DNA from: a virus | Lineage: Duplodnaviria > Heunggongvirae > Uroviricota > Caudoviricetes | Reading direction: 5' to 3' (one strand) | Virus record (IMG/VR): IMGVR_UViG_2877953467_000002 | Length of the DNA: 40,890 bases | Shown: in pieces, positions 37,078-40,890 of the stretch | Layout: each line of letters begins with the position of its first letter | Position numbering within the stretch: position 1 is the first letter of the stretch | Notes under the pieces: generated by a model | Database searches by the model: none | What the model was told of the DNA's origin: nothing | What the model saw: only the letters and a program-made list of their open reading frames with translations | Position numbers and translations under genes: made by a program

Positions 37078-40000
37078 ATGGCAGTAAAGATTTCAGGTGT
37101 ACTGAAAGACGGCACAGGAAAACCGGTACAGAACTGCACAATCCAGCTGAAAGCAAAACGTAACAGTACCACGGTGGTGGTGAACACGCTGGCCTCAGAA
37201 AATCCGGATGAAGCCGGGCGTTACAGCATGGACGTTGAGTACGGTCAGTACAGCGTTATTCTGTTGGTGGAAGGATTCCCGCCGTCACATGCCGGGACCA
37301 TCACCGTGTATGAAGATTCCCGACCCGGTACGCTGAATGATTTTCTCGGTGCCATGACGGAGGATGATGCCCGTCCTGAGGCACTGCGCCGTTTTGAACT
37401 GATGGTGGAAGAGGTGGCGCGTAACGCGTCCGCGGTGGCACAGAACACGGCAGCCGCGAAGAAGTCAGCCAGCGATGCCAGCACATCAGCCCGTGAGGCG
37501 GCAACCCGTGCGACTGATGCTGCAGGCTCAGCACGTGCAGCCAGCACGTCAGCCGGACAGGCCGCGTCGTCGGCTCAGTCAGCGTCTTCCAGCGCAGGAA
37601 CGGCATCAACAAAGGCCACTGAAGCATCAAAAAGTGCTGCCGCCGCAGAGTCTTCAAAAAGCGCGGCAGCCACCAGTGCCGGTGCAGCGAAAACGTCGGA
37701 AATGAATGCCGCAGCATCACAAAAATCTGCGGCCACATCTGCATCCACCGCGACCACGAAAGCGTCAGAAGCTGCCACCTCAGCCCGGGATGCGTCGGCT
37801 TCAAAAGTGGCGGCAAAATCATCAGAAACGAGCGCTGCCTCGAGCGCCGGCAGTGCAGCTTCCTCGGCAACGGCAGCAGGAAATTCCGCGAAGGCCGCAA
37901 AAACGTCTGAGACGAATGCGGATAACAGCGCACAGGCGGCAGCAGACTCACAAACTGCATCGGCAAACTCCGCGACAGCAGCCAAAAAATCAGAAACCAA
38001 CGCGAAAAATAGTGAGGCAGCAGCAAAGGTCAGCGAAACCAACGCTAAAGCGTCAGAGAACAAGGCGAAAGAATATCTCGACAAGGTCGGGGGACTCGTC
38101 AGCCCGATGACGCAATACGATTGGCCCGTTGTTACTGGTAATGAGTCTTTTTACATAAAGATCGCGAAACTTTCCGATCCCGGAAGCGGCAATTGCCATG
38201 TAACGCTAATGGTTACTAATGCCGGTAACTACGGCTCCCCTTACGGAAACATTGACTTTATCGAGATCTCGGCGCGCGGTCTGCCTTCTTTGCTTAGTGC
38301 GGATAATGTTTCTCGTCATCTGAGTATACGCCGCTTAGGGTCAATCGGGCTGACCGATAACAACCAGATGCGTTACGGCCTGGTTAAAGGTGACGGCTTT
38401 ATTGAGGTTTGGGCCTTCCAGCGCGCATTTATCAACGGCGCAAAGGTTGCGGTGCTGGCGCAGACGGCACGCCCGGAATTATACATTCCAGACGGATTTG
38501 TTAAGCAAACCGCCGCGCCTTCTGGATATGTTGAAAGCCCCGTTGTAAGGATTTACGACCAGTTAAACAAGCCGACTAAAGCAGATTTGGGTCTTTCTAA
38601 TGCTATGCTTACAGGCGCTTTCGGTCTTGGCGGTAGCGGGATATCAACAAACGGCAAGATGAGCGATGTAGAGATCTTAAAAGCTCTGCGTGACAAAGGT
38701 GGTCATTTCTGGCGCGGTGATAAGCCGACCGGAAGCACGGCGACCATTTATAGCCACGGTTCTGGTATATTCTCGCGGTGCGGCGATACGTGGTCAGCGA
38801 TCAATATCGACTACTCAACCGCGAAGATTAAGATCTATGCCGGCAACGATGCCCGGCTTAACAACGGGACTTTTAGCATCAATGAGCTATACGGCTCGGC
38901 AAACAAGCCGTCGAAATCGGATGTTGGACTTGGCAACGTAACTAACGATGCGCAGGTGAAAAAATCCGGCGATGTTATGTCTGGTGATCTTGATATATTG
39001 AAAGAAACGCCATCTATCAGGCTAAAATCAGCAAAAGGAACCGCTCATCTGTGGTTCATGAACAACGACGGAAGCGAGCGCGGCGTTGTTTGGTCGCCTG
39101 AAAACAACGAATCACTTGGCGAAATCCACATCAGGGCGAAAAACACAAAAGGTGAATCAAGTGGTGATTTTATTGTTCGCCACGACGGGAGGGTTGAGGC
39201 CCGCAATCTAAAAATAACTTACAAAATCAGCGCAGCCACCGCAGAATTTGCAAACACAAGCACCAGTTCCGATAACACTACGGTAAGCATCAAAGGATCT
39301 CAGCATACGCCTTTGGTTTTAACGAGCAACAACACAATTAAAAACTTGTCCATTGGGTTTAAGGTTGATGATGTTGATCAAAAATACCTGGGTATAGCTG
39401 GTGACGGTGATTTGTATTTTGGTAGTTATTCTGACCACACAAAAAACAGCAAAGTAATCACACAAGCAAAACTCGATAGCGGGGTGACGGTAGGCGGTAA
39501 AACAACCTTTTCTGACTTTGCCACATTTAACGCAGGTATGGCGGGATCTATCGAGCCGGAAACCATTGACAACAAGACTATTGATTTAAACGACTTGATC
39601 ATTGCTAATACAGTGGCTGGATCTGTTAAATACTATCAATGCAAAACTGTTGCAGGTGGTGCATATATTACCAATAAGCCTGACGGCGTAAGCGGTAACT
39701 TTTTGCTACGTGTAGAATCTACTCGTAAAACTACGGGTTCAGATTATGCGATCATGCAAACGCTGATTGGCAGCGACACAAAACGCATATACGTTCGCTT
39801 TGTTGTCAATGGAAACTGGACGGAGTGGAGTCAGGTAGTTGTTTCAGGATGGAATCAGGATGTAACCGTCAGGTCGTTAACCTCGACGACTCCATCAAAA
39901 TTAGGCGGCGGGCGTGTTGATGTGCTGGGGAGTACGTCAGATTACAGTAGTATGAATTGTGCTGTGCGCGGTGTTGATAGCACTGGAACCAATTCGGCGT

Positions 40001-40890
40001 GGTCGGTAGGCACATCAGAAAGCACAGGCAAAATGTTGTTCCTGAAAAACCACAGAAGCAGCGCTCAAGTGCTGTTAAATGGCGATGATGGAGCGGTTCA
40101 ACTACTAAGTGGCACTGTTAACGGTGCTACAGCGCAGGCGCTAACCATCAACAAAGATGAGGTTAACTCAACTGCCGATTTAGTAATTAGAAAACAAACA
40201 GGGACTGGCAATCGTTTTGCTTTACTTAATTCAGGTAATTCAGAACTACCAGTTAGTATCAGGGTGTGGGGTTCCAGTACTCGACAAAACGTTTTTGAGG
40301 TTGGAACGTCTGCTGCGTATCTGTTTTATGCGCAAAAAACAACAGACGGGCAAAACCTTACTGAACCGCCCCGGGTTTCCTNNNNNNNNNNNAGGATTCC
40401 CGGGGCGGTTCATACTGTAAACGGAAGTGTTAACTGCACCACACTGAATCAGTCATCAGACCGCAGACTGAAAGAAAATATCGAGATTATCGATAACGCG
40501 ACTGACGCAATCCGCAAAATTAATGGATACACGTACACGCTCAAGGAGAATGGGGCACATTGCGCCGGGGTTATAGCCCAGGAAGTTGAAGAGGCCATCC
40601 CGGAGGCCGTTGGTTCATTCATCCATTACGGTGAAGAGTTGCAAGGCCCGACCGTTGACGGCAACGAGCTACGCGAAGAAACGCGCTATCTTAATGTTGA
40701 CTACGCCGCCGTGACGGGTTTACTTGTTCAGGTCGCCCGTGAAACAGATGATCGCGTTACCGCGCTGGAAGAGGAAAACACAACGCTACGTCAAAATCTG
40801 GCAACAGCAGGCACCCGGATCAGCACTCTGGAAAATCAGGTAAGCGAACTGGTTGCACTTGTCCGGCAGTTAACAGGAAGCGAACATTAA
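37078..40890 (+). CDS. stf: Side tail fiber protein (lambda Stf-like N-terminus, Ala/Ser-rich fibrous repeats, C-terminal S74-type intramolecular chaperone domain)
   Basis: N-terminus MAVKISGVLKDGTGKPVQNCTIQLKA... matches lambda Stf as recalled; long SAxxSA repeat region; C-terminal SDRRLKENIEII...GYTYTLKENG motif of auto-cleaving chaperone domains; contains the 11-N gap; stop at 40888-40890. Confidence 0.85.
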   Translation: MAVKISGVLKDGTGKPVQNCTIQLKAKRNSTTVVVNTLASENPDEAGRYSMDVEYGQYSVILLVEGFPPSHAGTITVYEDSRPGTLNDFLGAMTEDDARPEALRRFELMVEEVARNASAVAQNTAAAKKSASDASTSAREAATRATDAAGSARAASTSAGQAASSAQSASSSAGTASTKATEASKSAAAAESSKSAAATSAGAAKTSEMNAAASQKSAATSASTATTKASEAATSARDASASKVAAKSSETSAASSAGSAASSATAAGNSAKAAKTSETNADNSAQAAADSQTASANSATAAKKSETNAKNSEAAAKVSETNAKASENKAKEYLDKVGGLVSPMTQYDWPVVTGNESFYIKIAKLSDPGSGNCHVTLMVTNAGNYGSPYGNIDFIEISARGLPSLLSADNVSRHLSIRRLGSIGLTDNNQMRYGLVKGDGFIEVWAFQRAFINGAKVAVLAQTARPELYIPDGFVKQTAAPSGYVESPVVRIYDQLNKPTKADLGLSNAMLTGAFGLGGSGISTNGKMSDVEILKALRDKGGHFWRGDKPTGSTATIYSHGSGIFSRCGDTWSAINIDYSTAKIKIYAGNDARLNNGTFSINELYGSANKPSKSDVGLGNVTNDAQVKKSGDVMSGDLDILKETPSIRLKSAKGTAHLWFMNNDGSERGVVWSPENNESLGEIHIRAKNTKGESSGDFIVRHDGRVEARNLKITYKISAATAEFANTSTSSDNTTVSIKGSQHTPLVLTSNNTIKNLSIGFKVDDVDQKYLGIAGDGDLYFGSYSDHTKNSKVITQAKLDSGVTVGGKTTFSDFATFNAGMAGSIEPETIDNKTIDLNDLIIANTVAGSVKYYQCKTVAGGAYITNKPDGVSGNFLLRVESTRKTTGSDYAIMQTLIGSDTKRIYVRFVVNGNWTEWSQVVVSGWNQDVTVRSLTSTTPSKLGGGRVDVLGSTSDYSSMNCAVRGVDSTGTNSAWSVGTSESTGKMLFLKNHRSSAQVLLNGDDGAVQLLSGTVNGATAQALTINKDEVNSTADLVIRKQTGTGNRFALLNSGNSELPVSIRVWGSSTRQNVFEVGTSAAYLFYAQKTTDGQNLTEPPRVSXXXXRIPGAVHTVNGSVNCTTLNQSSDRRLKENIEIIDNATDAIRKINGYTYTLKENGAHCAGVIAQEVEEAIPEAVGSFIHYGEELQGPTVDGNELREETRYLNVDYAAVTGLLVQVARETDDRVTALEEENTTLRQNLATAGTRISTLENQVSELVALVRQLTGSEH
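40382..40392. other. Assembly gap (11 N) flanked by a 14-bp inverted repeat
   Basis: Run of n characters inside the stf ORF; left flank TGAACCGCCCCGGG (40363-40376) is the reverse complement of the right flank CCCGGGGCGGTTCA (40399-40412). Confidence 0.95.

Noticed and set aside
37245-38110. Several overlapping ORFs on both strands (100-241 aa)
   Set aside because: They overlap the Ala/Ser-rich repeat region of the side tail fiber gene; low-complexity translations (poly-Ala/Arg/Pro) are artefacts of the repetitive GC-rich codons.
40361-40413. Diversity-generating retroelement target or invertible tail-fibre segment
   Set aside because: No reverse transcriptase or invertase gene in the window, and the gene continues about 500 bp past the repeat; kept only as a low-interest observation.

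Overview
The window is almost entirely one lambdoid prophage of Enterobacteriaceae (E. coli-like), laid out in lambda order and resembling the K-12 Qin prophage in its accessory genes. Left to right: integrase/excisionase, a large exonuclease, a leftward early operon carrying a DicF sRNA and the division inhibitor DicB, a CI-type (S24) repressor and Cro-like immunity switch with repeated operators, a replication initiator with internal iterons, a nin-like region (small acidic proteins, a hok-type toxin locus, DUF968, RusA, Q-like antiterminator), a tRNA-Ile2(CAU) gene, a cluster of terminator-delimited noncoding repeats, a pinholin/SAR-endolysin/Rz/Rz1 lysis cassette, bor, an HK97-type packaging and head module, and a lambda-like tail module ending in lom and a side tail fiber that runs to the window edge. 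All calls come from reading the sequence and ORF translations and from recalled family knowledge; no database search was run. The most notable observations are the noncoding repeat cluster at the position where Stx phages carry toxin cargo, an apparently frameshifted prohead protease, two tandem small acidic proteins, and an unusual exonuclease architecture. An 11-N assembly gap at 40382-40392 shows this is draft sequence, so single-base frame disruptions need read-level confirmation.
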